This document shows, one piece after another, positions 26,620-39,559 of a stretch of 64,000 bases of DNA (the first letter of the stretch is position 1; the number at the start of each line of letters is the position of its first letter). The DNA is from Chiloscyllium plagiosum (taxonomy: Eukaryota), in NCBI RefSeq assembly GCF_004010195.1, contig NC_057759.1, positions 2,969,269-3,033,268 on the forward strand, given 5' to 3'. A program made the position numbers and the translations under genes. The notes below the pieces were generated by a model. That model did no database searches and was not told the DNA's origin. It worked only from the letters and a program-made list of their open reading frames with translations.

Positions 26620-27454
26620 GAAATTATACAGGCGCATGGTGATGCCACACCTAGAATATTGTGGGTAGTTATGATCTCCTTTTCTGAGGAAGGATGCTCT
26701 TACCCTCAAAGGAGTTCAGCTAGGGTTTACCAGACTGATTCTGGGGAAGGCGGGACTGATGCATGAGAGGAGACTGAATAAGTTAGAATAGTTTTCACTT
26801 TAATTCAGACGAGTTGGGAAGGTAATCTTAAAGATACTTAGAAGACAGAGTAGATGCAGGGAGGATGCTTCTAATGGTGGGCGCATCCAGAACCAGGGGT
26901 TACAGTCTGAGGATTCAGGGTGGACGATTTTAAAAAGAGATGAGGAGCTATTTGTCAAACAAAAGCGTGGTGAGCCTGTGGAATTCATTAATAAAGGAAG
27001 CAGTTGATGCCAAAACATTGAATATATTGAAGAGTCACAAGATATAGCAATTAAGGTGGATGAGATCAAAGGTTGTGAGGAGAAAGCAGGATTCGGCTTT
27101 AGAATTGAACGATCTGCCAGGATCATGATACGTAGCTGGGCAGGCTGCTCCTCCTGTTCCTTTCTTCCATGTTTCTGTGTTTCCACTTGCACAACAATAA
27201 CTGTGCGAAAACTTTTGTTTTTCAGGAATGCCTCCCAGAAAGCTGGTCTCTCTCTTTCGGATTCTTTTGGCTTTGCAGCCATTCCAGTTGCTCCCAGGTA
27301 CTTAAGCCTCCGCTTTCCTAATGGCGAGGGTTAATTCCTTGGACCATTTGTCTCCCATCTTTGACAGCGTGAGGTCATGTCCATGTCATCTGGGTCATTT
27401 GTATCTGAATTCAATCCTCCTCCAATTTTTTATTTTTTTGTTTTGCTGGGACTG

Positions 27455-30370
27455 GATTTGAATTGAATTAAATTGAGTTGAATTCATTTTCACGTGTACC
27501 GAGGCACAGTGAAAAGCTTTGTCTTGCGAGTAATACGGGAAGATCACATAGCTGAACAGCATAGATAATTAAATACCCTATAATAGGTAAAGGGTGGCAA
27601 AACAAAAGCACAAGTACAGGCGAATGCTAAGAGCTTGTGAGTCCATTCAGTATTCAAACAACAATAAGCTAGAAGCTGTACCTTCTGTACCTTCTCCCCA
27701 ATGGTAAAAGTTGTAGAAAAGCACTGTCAGGGCTAGATGGACTTTTGAGTATGGTGGTGGCATTTCTTTGTTTGTGGACCGAGTAGATGGATTCTATAGA
27801 TGGGAGTTTTGCGTTTGTAATTGCCCAGGCCTAGTTCACCATTCTCTGTAATCCTCTCCGATCTTGAATGGTACAGTTGCCAGACGAGATAATGCTATAT
27901 CCAGACAGAATGCACTCGTTGACACACCTATAAAAGTTGGCAAGAATATTCACCGTCATGCAAAGTTTTCTCAGATGTCTGAGGTAGAAGAGACGTTGTT
28001 AGGCCTTTGTAAGCAATGCGTCTACATCAAGGGTCCAAGAAAGCTTGTTGTTGATAACCACTCTCACTCGTTCCACCTTTGTGCTGTTAATATGTAGTGG
28101 GTGGCATGAGTAACATCCCGCCGAAAGTCAATAATGAGTTCCTTGGTTTTGCTGGCATTGTGAGCTAGGTTGTTCTCAGTCTGCCATTTTTTCACGTCTT
28201 CCAACTCCCCTCTGGAGTTTATTTCGTTGCATCTGAGATTCGACCGAATATGGTGGAGTCATCAGCGAACTTGTAAACAGCAATGGTCTGGTATTTGGCG
28301 ACGCAGTCGAGTATACAAAGAGTACAGTAGGGGGATGAGCACGAATCCCTGGGGGGCACCAGTGTTGAGTGGAGTGCAGATGAAATAATATCCCCAAAGT
28401 TCACTGATTATGGCCTGTGGGTCAGGAAGCTGAGGATCAAGCTGTAGAAAGGGGGGCTTAGTCTGAGGTCACCTAGTTCAGTAATCAGTTTCGAGGGGAT
28501 AATAGTGTTGAATGCTTAACTGTAGTCAATGAGTAAGATTCTTACATAGCTATTCTTGGTGTCAAGATGTTCTAGGGAGGGGTGAACGGCAAGTGACATG
28601 TCTTCTGACGGGACTGTTTTGGTCTGATAGGCAAATTGGAGTGGGTCAAGAGTAGTGGGGATGCTGGAGTTGATTAATGCCATGACCAGCCTTTCAAACA
28701 TTTCAAGACCGCTGAAGTTAGGGCCAGTGGGGAGTAGACATTGAGGCATGTTGCATGAACCTTAAGCACAGGATGATGTTGGCCCTCTTGAAACAGACAG
28801 GGACAGTGGTTTGCTGCGGGGGAGAGGTTGAAGATGTCCGTGAAGACCACTGCCAGTTGATCTGCGCATGGTCTGAGTGCACGGGCTGGTACTCCATCTG
28901 GTCCCATCGCTTTCCTTGGATTCACATGAAGGCAAACTGATTTGACCTCTGAAGCAGTTGCTGTTGAGTTACGTTCGTCAGGACTTGTCAGTATAGGTGT
29001 GACCACTCTGCCGGAATTCTGCTTAAAGCGAGCATACAAGGCATTGAGACGATCTGTGGAGGGATGTGTCATTTTCTGATATCGAGCACTGTCTCTCTTT
29101 AGAACCTGGGATGTCATTCAGTTCTTGCCATAGTCGCCGAGTGTCTGTCGGGTCCTCTAGTTTGGACAGGTATTGGTCCTTGGCTGTCTTAAGGGTTCTG
29201 CGAATGTCATGCTTGGAGTCCTTATATTTGAGTGTGTCTCCTGATCTGAAGACTCACGCCTGGTTTTTAGCAGGTTCTGTATGCCCTGATTCATTCAGGG
29301 TTTCCTGTTAGGGAACACCCAAATTGACTTACTTGGTATGCAGCCCTCATTACATTTGCTGATAAAGTCTGTGACAGTGGTGGCGTACTGGTCCCAAGTA
29401 CCTGAACATGTCCCAATCAGTCAATTTCAGATTGCACCGCAGTTGATCCTGTGCCTCCTCCGATCAGCACAACAGCTGCATCCGCGAGAGGGTCTTCTGC
29501 TTGAGGTTTTGCCTGTAAGCCAGGAGATAAAACACAGCATTGTGTTTGGAGTTCCCGAAATGATGATAGGGGAACAGAGCGCTAGGCATCTTTCACAGAG
29601 ATGTACCAGTGGTCTAAAACGTTCGGTTCCTGGTGAGTGGGCGGTAATGTTCTGGTGTTAATCGGGCAACACCTTCCTGAGATTGGCTTGATTGAAGTCG
29701 CTAGTTACAATAAACAGGGCCTCGGTGTGTTCCGTCTCCAGGGTGTTAGTGGTGGAGTACAGCACATCCAGAGCTTCCTCGGCCTTTGCTTGTGGCGGTA
29801 TGTACACAGCAGTTTGTATGGTGGCGGTAAATTACCGTGGTTGATAGAAGGGGTGGCATTTCATGGTAAGGAATTCAAGGTTTAGGGAGCAGTGAATACC
29901 CAGGGTTGCAATGTCTGTGCACCACAACTTACTGATTAAAAAGCAAACCCCTCTAACCTTTGTCTTACTTGACTCTGTACGGTCCATGGGATGGATTGAA
30001 GAACCATCAGCCTGAAGTGCACAGTCGGTAATGGATGGGTTGACCAGGTTTCTGTGAAGCAGAGTGCGCAGCAGTCCTGCACCTTACATTGGAATCTGAG
30101 CCGTGTTCTGAGTTAGTCCATCTTGTTCTCAAGAGATTGTACTTTTGCAGAGATTGTACTTTTGCAAGGGGTAAGCTAGGAAGACGGGTCTTGAAACTAT
30201 GTAGTGTTTTGTGCTGCTTGGCCATTAAGGGGACTGAACAAGGCTCCTCATCATCCTTGAATTCAGAGGAGGATTCAGTTCTCTCTCTCTGTCTCGTATT
30301 TCACTTTCTAACTAGCTTAGTGAAGAGTACTGAGGTCTTCTACTGGGATCCTGGATGGTAGAGTTAGGAG
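27455..30370 (-). mobile_element. Rex1/Babar- or L2-clade LINE, near full length, decayed
   Basis: VNPRKAMGPDGVPARALRPCADQL, LDPLQFAY, YVRILLIDYS, KFADDST; (TTCAA)n-like tail near 27455-27485. Confidence 0.88.
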
Positions 30371-30374
30371 CGGC

Positions 30375-32163
30375 TGCTTGGGGAATCTCGATTCTTTTGT
30401 TGGGGGAATTTCTTCTGGTTTATCTTGCCTCTTTTTGGTTCATTTGAATATCTCGCAGACAGCATTTGATTGGCCTTTCAGCTCTGTCTTCTCCTTGTCA
30501 TGACTTATTTTGTTGATTATCTCATTGCAATTTTGGTAATGTTCCTTTAGGATGAGGGATCATCTTTCCACCAGTTTGAGGTTTGGGAGGATGATGATTT
30601 GCCATTGTGGTTTTCATATTTAACACAACACTTCTTTTCCTGTTTTTCCTTTCCGTCTGGCTTCTGCCAGGTTAAATAAATGACCACTGCTCTCCTTCAG
30701 GCTCACTGGAACTAGATTAGTTTCCCTCATTTCCCAGGACCCGCACCTTACCCAGGTCTTGCAGTGTCCGAGAGTCTGTAGGCAATAGAGTACTTGGATA
30801 TGGCAAGGGTGAAAGATTTTTCATTTCTAGAACTTTCCCTTTTCAGTCAATGTTTGTTTTATCATTTTAAGGTCTTCGCAAACAATTTTCAATTCTTTCT
30901 TTAGATTATTAATTTCCCGATCATGATTGAATTTGGCTAGAATCTCTTGTCCCTGTCCAATTTGTTGCATTATCAGCGAATGCATTTTTTATCAGATTGT
31001 TTTACCCCAAATATCATCCAGCGACCATTGGTGCTTGGGGATTTTATTCTCCTCATAGACTTTTGATAAAGGTTTTGAAAGATCAAATTGTTATGCAATG
31101 TATTCCTTTAATTTTTGGAGAACTTCCTTTAAAAATATGAGGTGGAAGCCTACCCTATTTTATCTGCTGACGGTAATTTGGATTGAGACATTGTTTCTGG
31201 AAATTTGCATGGACTCAGTGAACCACAGGCCAGAGTTCACATGCCCTCTCTGCCAGTTTCAGATGTCAGTTAGGAGACCACGAGCCGTATTCCACTCATC
31301 AACGGGTCTTGGGCCATTGGCTAGACATATCCCTTGGGTTGGGGGGAGGTACAGATTTATTGTTTGCTCCGACAAGTACAGATGTCTGTAAGTAAAATGG
31401 GCTCAAGTGCGAGATCGTGGACAAGTTACAAACTGTGTCAGACGTAGTGGATCTGGGTTTTCACTATCACCTGAAGACATTTAAACAGCCGACTATAGCT
31501 TATAGCTTTAAATTAAGGGGGGGTAGATATAGGACTGAAGTTAGGGGTAGGTTCTTCACTCAGCGAGTCGTAAGTTCATGGAATGCCCTGCCAGTAGCAG
31601 TGGTGGACTCTCCCTCTTTATGGGCATTTAAGCGGGCATTGGATAGGTATATGGAGGATAGTGGGTTAGTATAGGTTAGGTGGGCTTGGATCGGCGCAAC
31701 ATCGAGGGCCAAAGGGCCTGTACTGCGCTGTATTCTTCTATGTTCTATGTTCTATGTACTATGCCAAATTGTTGGGTTCCTAAGAACAAAAGAACGAGCC
31801 TGCGATCTTTTGAGATATCCGGCTTTATTTCTTCTTATATATAGACTACATTTATGCAAGTTGAGACCTCTGCAGCAACGGCTTTAATTATACATTTGTT
31901 TTCCTTGATCCTCCCAGAAACCGCAAAAATCAGTCAGTGTGTTCTGTTAGTCTACTTACTCGCAAGCTCTTCCTCACATTGTAACTCCAAGGTCTAAGCA
32001 ACAGGCTGTTTATCGCATATGTGTCTCATGTGAGCTCCAAATCGATTTTCAACCGCCTTTGCAAGTCAGGTCTTTGCAATAGCTGGGGCCTGGTATCCTC
32101 CATTTCCCTGAGGACTATGACTTGGGGCTGTATCTGTCTCTGTCCAGCTCCGCTTCTTCAACA
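30375..32163 (-). mobile_element. LTR retroelement/ERV 5' part: LTR (~31770-32163), tRNA-Ser-like PBS, leader and eroded gag-position sequence
   Basis: TGTTG...CAACA termini, internal TATATATAA and AATAAA. Removing a CR1 insertion restores TGGCATAGTCGGCTG 3 nt after the LTR. Confidence 0.6.
31497..31757 (+). mobile_element. Young 5'-truncated CR1 insertion with (TTCTATG)n tail and ACTAT TSD
   Basis: FKLRGGRYRTEVRGRFFTQRVVSSWNALP; actat at 31492-31496 and 31758-31762. Confidence 0.88.
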
Positions 32164-32189
32164 CAGAGACAAACAACAATGGGTAATCA

Positions 32190-35100
32190 AAAATGGGAAA
32201 AAATTTGGCTGTACCAGGCTGTTACTTTTTGAGTTAGTTTAGGAGTTGGAGGCGATTTCCTCGAATTCCAGGAATTGTTTTTGAACTTTGGAGAAAAAAT
32301 AAAAGTCAAAACAACAGCACTTTTAAAAGGGAGAGGATCAGTCAAATCAGCACATGGTGAGATCAATACAGGATAGAGGGAGCAAAAGAACACTGCAAAC
32401 TGACAGCAGTGAACCTGTGCAGTTTGCTGTTGATTCACATATCCCTGGACACCGGAGTGCATCTGAGAAAATTAACAAAGTGTGAAATTCACAACTGATC
32501 TTGGAGGAACCTGTTTGGGAGATGTCACAGCACTGAGACTGATAAGTGAATACTTTTAACTGTGGCCTTGGGGTCTTGCTGTAAGTGTGCAATAGTGAAT
32601 AGTGTGGGATCTTTCTTGACTATATGTTTTATTGAGATATGTCTATTGATTAAACTTAAAAATATAAGCCATAATTATTATGTTAGCCTGGACCAGTGTT
32701 TTGTAGAGGAATAAGACGGGGCTATTTTCAGGGCATGCTATTCGAAGAAGCAAAAATGTCCTCAGCTTTTCTCGTTGCATGTGGGAGTTGAGGGAGATTT
32801 TACGTGCGACCGAGTATTATATTTGCATTAAATGCCGTTCATTGTGAATCCTATCAGATCGAATGAAACTGTTGGAGCGGCAGTTAGGGGCAATGAGGAA
32901 TTTACAAGAGCAAGGGGATGTGATTGCTGACAGTTATAGGAAGACAGTAAAGTCGCAGATACAGTCACATGCATGGGTTAACTCAGAGAAGGTAAGAGAG
33001 GTAGGCAGGTAGTACAGGAGTCTTCTGTGGCTATCCCCATTTCAAACAGGTACGCTATTCTGGAAAATATAGGGGAGATGGATTCTCAGGGGAATGCAGC
33101 ACGAACTGGCAAGTTTCTGGTATCGAGACTGGCTGTAATGCAATGAGGGGCACGTCGGGTTCTTTTGTGTTCGGAGATCAATTGTGTTCGGAGACTCTCT
33201 AGTCCGAGGCACAGCCAGCAGCGAAGAATTAGAATGGTGTGTTACTTCTCTGGTGTCAGGATCAAGGATGCCTCAGAGACGGTGCGGAATGCTATCAAGA
33301 GGGAGACGTCCAGCAGGAGATCGTTCTACACATTGCAACCAACGACACAGGAAGGGAAATGGTTGAGATTCTGAAGGGATAATACGAAGAATTAGGCAGG
33401 ATTTTTTTAAAAAAAGGAGATCCTTGAGAGTAGTAATATCTGGATTACTCCCGGTGTTACGAACGAGTGAGGGTAGGAATAGAACGATAGAGCAGACGAA
33501 TGAATGGTTGAGGAGCTGATGTATGGGAGGATTCACATTTTTGGATCATTGGAGTCTCTTCTGGGGTAGAAGTGACCTCTACAAGAAAGACGACTTGCAC
33601 CTAAATTGTAGGGGGACTGATAGACTGGCAGGGAGGTTTGCAAAAGCTACTCAGGAAGATTTAAACTAGTAAGGTTGGGACCCAGGGAGATTGTGAGGAA
33701 AGAGATTAATCTGACATTGGTATAGCTGAGAAAAGAAGCAAGTCAAACAGTCAGGTCAGGCAGGGACAAAGCAAAGAACAAGGTAGGACTGATAAGTTAA
33801 ACGGTATTTATTTCGATGCAAGGGGCCTAACTGGAATGGCAGATGAACTCAGAACATGGACTGGGATATCATGCAATTACAGAAACATGGCTCAGTGATA
33901 GACAGGAACTGCAGTTTAATGTTCCAGGATACAAATGCTCCTGCAAGGATAGAAAGAGAGGCAAGATTCGATTAGATTCCCTACAGTGTGGAAACTGGCC
34001 CGGCGGCCCAACCAGTCCACACTGAATTGTAACCCACCCAGACGCATTTCCCTCTGACTAATTGACCTAACACTATGGGGCAATTTAGCATGGCTAATTT
34101 ACCTGACTTGCACATCTTTGGATTGTGGGAGAAAACCGGAGCACCCGGAGGCAACGCACGCAGACACAGGGGCAATGTGCAAACTCCACACAGACAGTCA
34201 TCTGACGCTGGAATCGAACCTGCGACCCGACTGTTTTGAGGCAGCAGTGCTAACCACTGAGCCACTGTGAGGATGGAGGTTGGTATTTGTGATAAGGAAT
34301 AGCATTACAGCTACACTGAGGGAGGATATTCCCTGAAACATATCGAGGGAACTTATTTGGGTGAAACTGAGAAATAAGAAAGGAATGATCACCTTATTGG
34401 GATTGCTGTATCGACCCCCTAACTGTCAGAGGGAAATTGAGAAACAAATTTGTAAGGAGATTTCAGTTATCTGTAAGAATAATAGAACGGTTGTGGTCGG
34501 GGATTTTAACTTCCCAAACATAGACTGGGACTGCCATAGTGTTAAGTGCTTAGATGGAGAGTATTTTGTTAAGGATATACAAGAAAATTTTCTGAGTCAG
34601 TGTGCAGATATACCTGCTAGAGAAAGCGCAAAACACACGATCTACTCTTTGGAAATAAGGCAGAACAGGTGACTGAGATGTCAGTGGGGGAGCACTTTGG
34701 GGCCAGAGACCGTAATTTATTAGTTTTAAAGAAGTGATGGAAAAATATTGACCAGATCTAAAAGTTGAAGTTCTTAATTAAAGAAAGGCCAATTTTGAAG
34801 GTATTATGCAATAACTTTCAAAAGTTGTTTGGGGCAAATGGCTGGAAAATGGGAAGACTTCAGAAATGACATAACAAGCTTGCAGAGATAGTATATTCCC
34901 GTTATGGTGATAGGAAAGTCTGGTAGGTATAGAGGATGTTGGATGACTAAAGAATTTGAAGTTTTGTTGAAGAAGCTGAAGGAAGCACATGTCAATTATA
35001 GACAGGATAGATGGAGTGAATCCTTAGAAGAGCATAAAGGCAGTAAGAGTATACTTAAGTGGCAAATCAGGAGGTCAAAAAAGGGACATGAGATCAATTT

Positions 35101-35855
35101 GGCAAATAGAGTTAAGGAGAATCCAAAGGGTTCCACAAATATATTCGGGTCAACAGGGTAACTCGGGAGAGAAAGGGCCCCTCAAAGATCAGCAAGGCGG
35201 CATCTGTGCAGAGCCACATGAGATTGGGAAGGTATTAAACGAGTAATTTGCGTCAGTGATTATTGTGGAAAAAGACATGGAAGATATAGAATGTCGGGAA
35301 ATATGTGGTGACATCATGGAAAATTTCCATATTACAGAGGAGGAAGTGATGGATGTCTTGAAAGACATTAAAGTATATCTCTACCCAGGACCTGATCAGG
35401 TGTACCTAGAACTCTGTGGGAAGCTAGGGAAGTAATTGTTGGGCTTCTTGCTGGGGTGTTTGTGTCATTGGTAGTCACAGATGAGGTGATGGAAGACTGG
35501 AAGTTGGCTAACTTGATGCCACTATTTCAGAAAAGTGGTAAGGATAAATGATGGAACTATAGACCAGTGAGCCTGATGTTGGTAGTGGGCAAGTTGTGCG
35601 AGGGAATCCTGAGGCACAGAATTTACTTGCATTTGGAAAGGCAAGAACAGATTAAGGATAGTTAGCATGGATTTGTGCATGGGAAATCATGTCGCACAAA
35701 CTTGACTGAGATTTTTGAAAAAGTAAAGAAGAGGATTGACGAGGCTGAGTGAAGACGTGATCTATATGGATTTCAATAAGGGAAACAAGGTTTGATCTCA
35801 TGGAATACAGGGAGATATAGCCATTTGGATACCGAACTGGCACAAAGGTAGAAGA
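32190..35855 (+). mobile_element. CR1 LINE with 5' UTR, esterase-type ORF1 and 5' part of ORF2, decayed
   Basis: ORF1 SGNH-like motifs GDSLVRG, HIATND, DDLHLN; ORF2 AITETW, YRPPN, VVGDFNFPNIDW, NYRPVSL. Confidence 0.88.
33966..34268 (-). mobile_element. tRNA-derived V-SINE (HE1-like) nested in CR1 ORF2
   Basis: A box gtggctcagtggttagc, B box ggttcgattcc, V-domain tgtgtggagtttgcacatt..ctccgggtgctccggttt. Confidence 0.88.
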
Positions 35856-36253
35856 ATTGAATTGAATTGAATCGAATTTATTGTCACATATACCGAAGCA
35901 CAAAGAAAAGCCTTGTCTTGCGAGCAACACAGGCAGATCACGAAATTAAGTAGCACAGATAAGTAAATAATAGGTAAAAGCGTCAAACGTCAAGACACAG
36001 AGACAGGCTAATATTAACAGTTTGTGAGTCCATTCAGTATTCTAACAACAACAGAGCAGAAACTGTTTCGAAACTAGCTGTTGCGTGTGTTCAGGTTTCT
36101 GTGCCTTCTCCCCAATGATAGAGGTTGTAGAAAAGCAACGATCTTTGAGAATGCTGGCGGCTTTTCCTCGACAATGGGTCTGATAGTTGGATTCTATAGG
36201 TGGGAAGTTAGCCTTTGCGACTGTCTGGGTCGAGTTCACCACTCTCTGTAATC
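35855..36253 (-). mobile_element. 5'-truncated Rex1/L2-like LINE 3' end overlapping the GPCR-2 C-terminus
   Basis: Homologous to 27455-27855; own frame LQRVVNSTQTVAKANFPPIES; (TTCAA)n tail. Confidence 0.85.
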
Positions 36254-37136
36254 ATCATTTGGGTAAAGGGATATTTCAGCACATTCTTCAGTTGCTGTCT
36301 GAACTTGGTTTGGGTCACGGCATAAATCGCGGTGTTTGTGCAGCAACTGAGGAGCTGCAGCATGAAACCCAACTCCTGCACAAAGTTCTCTAGATACACA
36401 GACTGATACCCAATATAATACATCCGTCTCCATATAGAATACACCATTAACGTTGACCATAATAGGATGAAATTGGTCGAGATCATAAACAATAAAGTGA
36501 TAGATTTTTCTCGTTTTCTAATTTCTGTGTCGGACTGAGTGTCCCCATTGGTGCAAGCCCGGAGTCTCCTGCGGGCTCTGCTGGTCACTAAAATGTGTCT
36601 GACGGTGAAAACATTGAGCAGCAGAATCAGAAGAAATGGGAGCGTTGGAGTTAGAATGTGGTGGAGAAACTCGATTGTGACCCAGAGACGGGAGAATGCA
36701 ACATGGCGTATTACCCAACACAACCAGGGGACGTTCCCCAGACGATACCGAGCTGTGAGCATAAAATACCAGAAAAAGTTCTTTAAGCAGCTCAGCACAG
36801 TCACTGTTCCCAGAACCACAGCTGCCATTTTCTCACTGCAGTATTTACTTTTCAGCTTCTGGCAACAAATAGCCACAAATCGATCAAAGGTGAAAGTGAC
36901 GGTGAACCAGACAGAACAGTCAATGGCTGCATAAAGCAGGACGGCATGGATATTACACACGGGGATGTCCAACAGGAAATAAAACTGTTCCCGATAAACA
37001 ATGGGAATGTGCCTCGAGAGCAGGTCAAGGATAATGACCAGTAGATCTGCCACTGCCATCGCCCCCAGGTAACGTCTAACACATGGAGACAATCCACAAT
37101 CTTTATAAAGCAGGACGTAGATCGTCACTATGTTAA
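36208..37136 (-). CDS. GPCR-2 coding exon 2: class A GPCR, GPR139/GPR142-like
   Basis: Uninterrupted 7TM ORF: VNIVTIYVL, AMAVADL, TFDRFVAIC, LTPTLP, CTNTAIY, KFRQQL. Acceptor ccttactcatag|TT at the same position and phase as in GPCR-1. The last 14 codons are LINE-derived. Confidence 0.92.
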
Positions 37137-37689
37137 CTATGAGTAAGGAAAACAAACAAATTATACATCAGCCTGGAGACAAAGTTACCAGTTTGATTGA
37201 GGACACAGTGAGATATACAAATTTGTCACTGTGTTCAGAGATTTCTTCCAATAATTGGAGCTAAAATAACAAACAGGGAAGTCTGAATTACTGAAAAAAA
37301 AAGTCTCAACAATCACTAGAAACCATCCCTTCCCAAACACACAAAGACACATCCATAAGAACAAATGGTTTCTAGAACATTCCCACACAGTCGATCTCTT
37401 GAGACCAGACACTGGTCACTTCTTCCCTGTTCTTAAAACGGAGGGTGAGAACGTTGCTAACCTGAAGGAATCTTTCCCAGATTCTTGATGAAAATGGAGG
37501 TTAGAAATTTCTGTCTTTTTGTCTCAAGTGTCGACAATCCTCTGTCGTGAAGGAATGGAAATGCAGGGAAAACTTAGTCACCCTGACTCAGCGGAATTTG
37601 AACCAGTGTCCCCTTTTCATTGGAACGGGATCTCTTCCCTCGGGATTGTATCTTTTGTTCAATTCACTGATTGCCAGCCATTCAAAATA

Positions 37690-37992
37690 ATACCAGGGAT
37701 AGAATGCTCCCTAAAACGTAAGTTATAGAATGTTCTGGGGAATATTGGTTATGAAAAGTTACGGGAAATGTTGGGTACAGAATGCTCTGGGGAATGTTAT
37801 TTATATAATGTTCCAGAGAATGTCAGTATTAGAATGTTCCAGAGAATTCAGTTAGAGAACATTCCACAGAATGGTGTTTATAGACCATTCTGGAACATGT
37901 CGGTTACAGAACGTTTCAGGGAATGTCGGTTATAGTACATTCAAGGGAATGTAGTTTATAGAACGTTCTGGGCAAAGTCAGCTATAGAATCT
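37690..37992. repeat. ~26-bp minisatellite (gttatagaatgttctggggaatgtcg)
   Basis: About 11 diverged tandem units. Confidence 0.85.
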
Positions 37993-39559
37993 GTTGGAGT
38001 CAAAAAGGCCCACATCACAAAGGCCCTTCTGCCCATTAGGTTTGGTGAGACCAAGTCAGCCTTACGGTGGGAATCTCTCCCCAAACTCAACTCAACTGAC
38101 ACTTTGCAACAAAACAGTACGGTTAAGATATTACCTTAAGTGTTTGATGAAAGATCCTGCCATTCCTCACCCCCACTTCATTTTCAATTTTGTGTAACAT
38201 TCACAAATATAAAATGTTCTGCATATTCGTTTCCCAATATCGCTCTGATCCATGTCTCTCATGCCACTAAATCATTTTCATTTTCCTCAGTGTGTGCACT
38301 GATTTCACCAGTCGGTTTTAAGTAGACAACACACATTGAGATCGAGTGCCTTTTATACAGCTTTTTAACCCATTACTCCATTTTCCATTGTCACCTTTAT
38401 TCCTCATATTGACCCGGACAGTAAACAGTGGACACTGTCATACTCACAGATTCAGTCTTGATGGCTAATGTTTCATGAAGCCCCATCACATTACCTGGGT
38501 ATATACTGTCCCACCGGCAGGACTGACCCACCAGTAGTTGGGGCATCGTGGGATACAAACGGGAAATGGGTTACCCTGGAATTGCCCAACATTGATTCCA
38601 CAACCCAGAAAATCTCATGGTAACAGTTCAAAGATGGTCACGAAAATCACCTGATGATTTACATCTGCAGCATTCCACACCACTCCTCCTGATAAATAAT
38701 TTCCCTTCAATGCTGAAAACAAACCGGAGGAAGCACTGACTTTGAAAAGAACACAGAACGTACTCTGCGTGTGGGACTTCAATGACCATCACCAAGAACG
38801 TCTCCACAGGCCCATCATTGACTGAGCAGGGCGAGGTATGAAATATACAACAGCCAGACTGTGGGAACTGATGAGGGAACCAACAAGAGTGAAACATTCT
38901 AAACAAATTACTTGTCACTTGCCCTTAAAGGTATCTGGAGGAGCACCCAGCACACAGTCCTAGCGGAGGGAAAGTCTCAGCCTCATATCGAAGATACCGT
39001 CAACGGTGTCATGTTTCACTACCTCCTGCGAAGTAGGACATCCTTCTAAAGGGCCGATCAAATAGAAACTGAACATCCATGAGGCAACGTGGGCTATCAG
39101 CAGCTGCAGCATCCAGGACTAGATATCTAACCAGCACTGGAAGCTATCCTGGTGACAGAAGTGCATTGATCTATAAACCCAGACTAGACATCTGTCCCGC
39201 ACTGCAGACCACGGCAGTGCACTGATGTTTAAACCTGAAACAAATATCCATCCAGCATGAGGAGCTGCATTATCTATAAAAGTCAACGAGATAGTCTGAC
39301 CCGTACAGGGAGCTGATCACCAGTGAATTGATCTGTTAACCTGGAAAAGTTCTCCTCCCAACAGGTCGAGCAATGTATGCCACCCCAGTAAAACTGTGTC
39401 AGATCACTGCCCAGCGTGGGGAAACATGCAGCCCATGTTGGACGTGAAATGATGTGCAGCTCTCATCCAATTACAGCTCCGTATCTCCATTGAGAGATCT
39501 GGGACATAAACAGAGAGGGGAAGACTGAGAGACAATATCATAGAAGCATGTGTTCACAG

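Larger units (their letters stand above)
23220..27180 (+). mobile_element. CR1 LINE pieces interrupted by a Penelope element (23390-25865) and a miniature element (26437-26619)
   Basis: ORF2 reads ..IEMWSL[insertion]YNEQLMCVLDKYVPV..GPIKDSSGKLCVESEEIGEALSEYFSSVFT. Confidence 0.8.

Noticed and set aside
34195..34268. tRNA gene
   Set aside because: A/B boxes are the head of a V-SINE followed by SINE body and tail.
36539..36934. Plus-strand ORFs overlapping the GPCRs (also 14895-15170)
   Set aside because: Antisense shadows of the GPCR frames.
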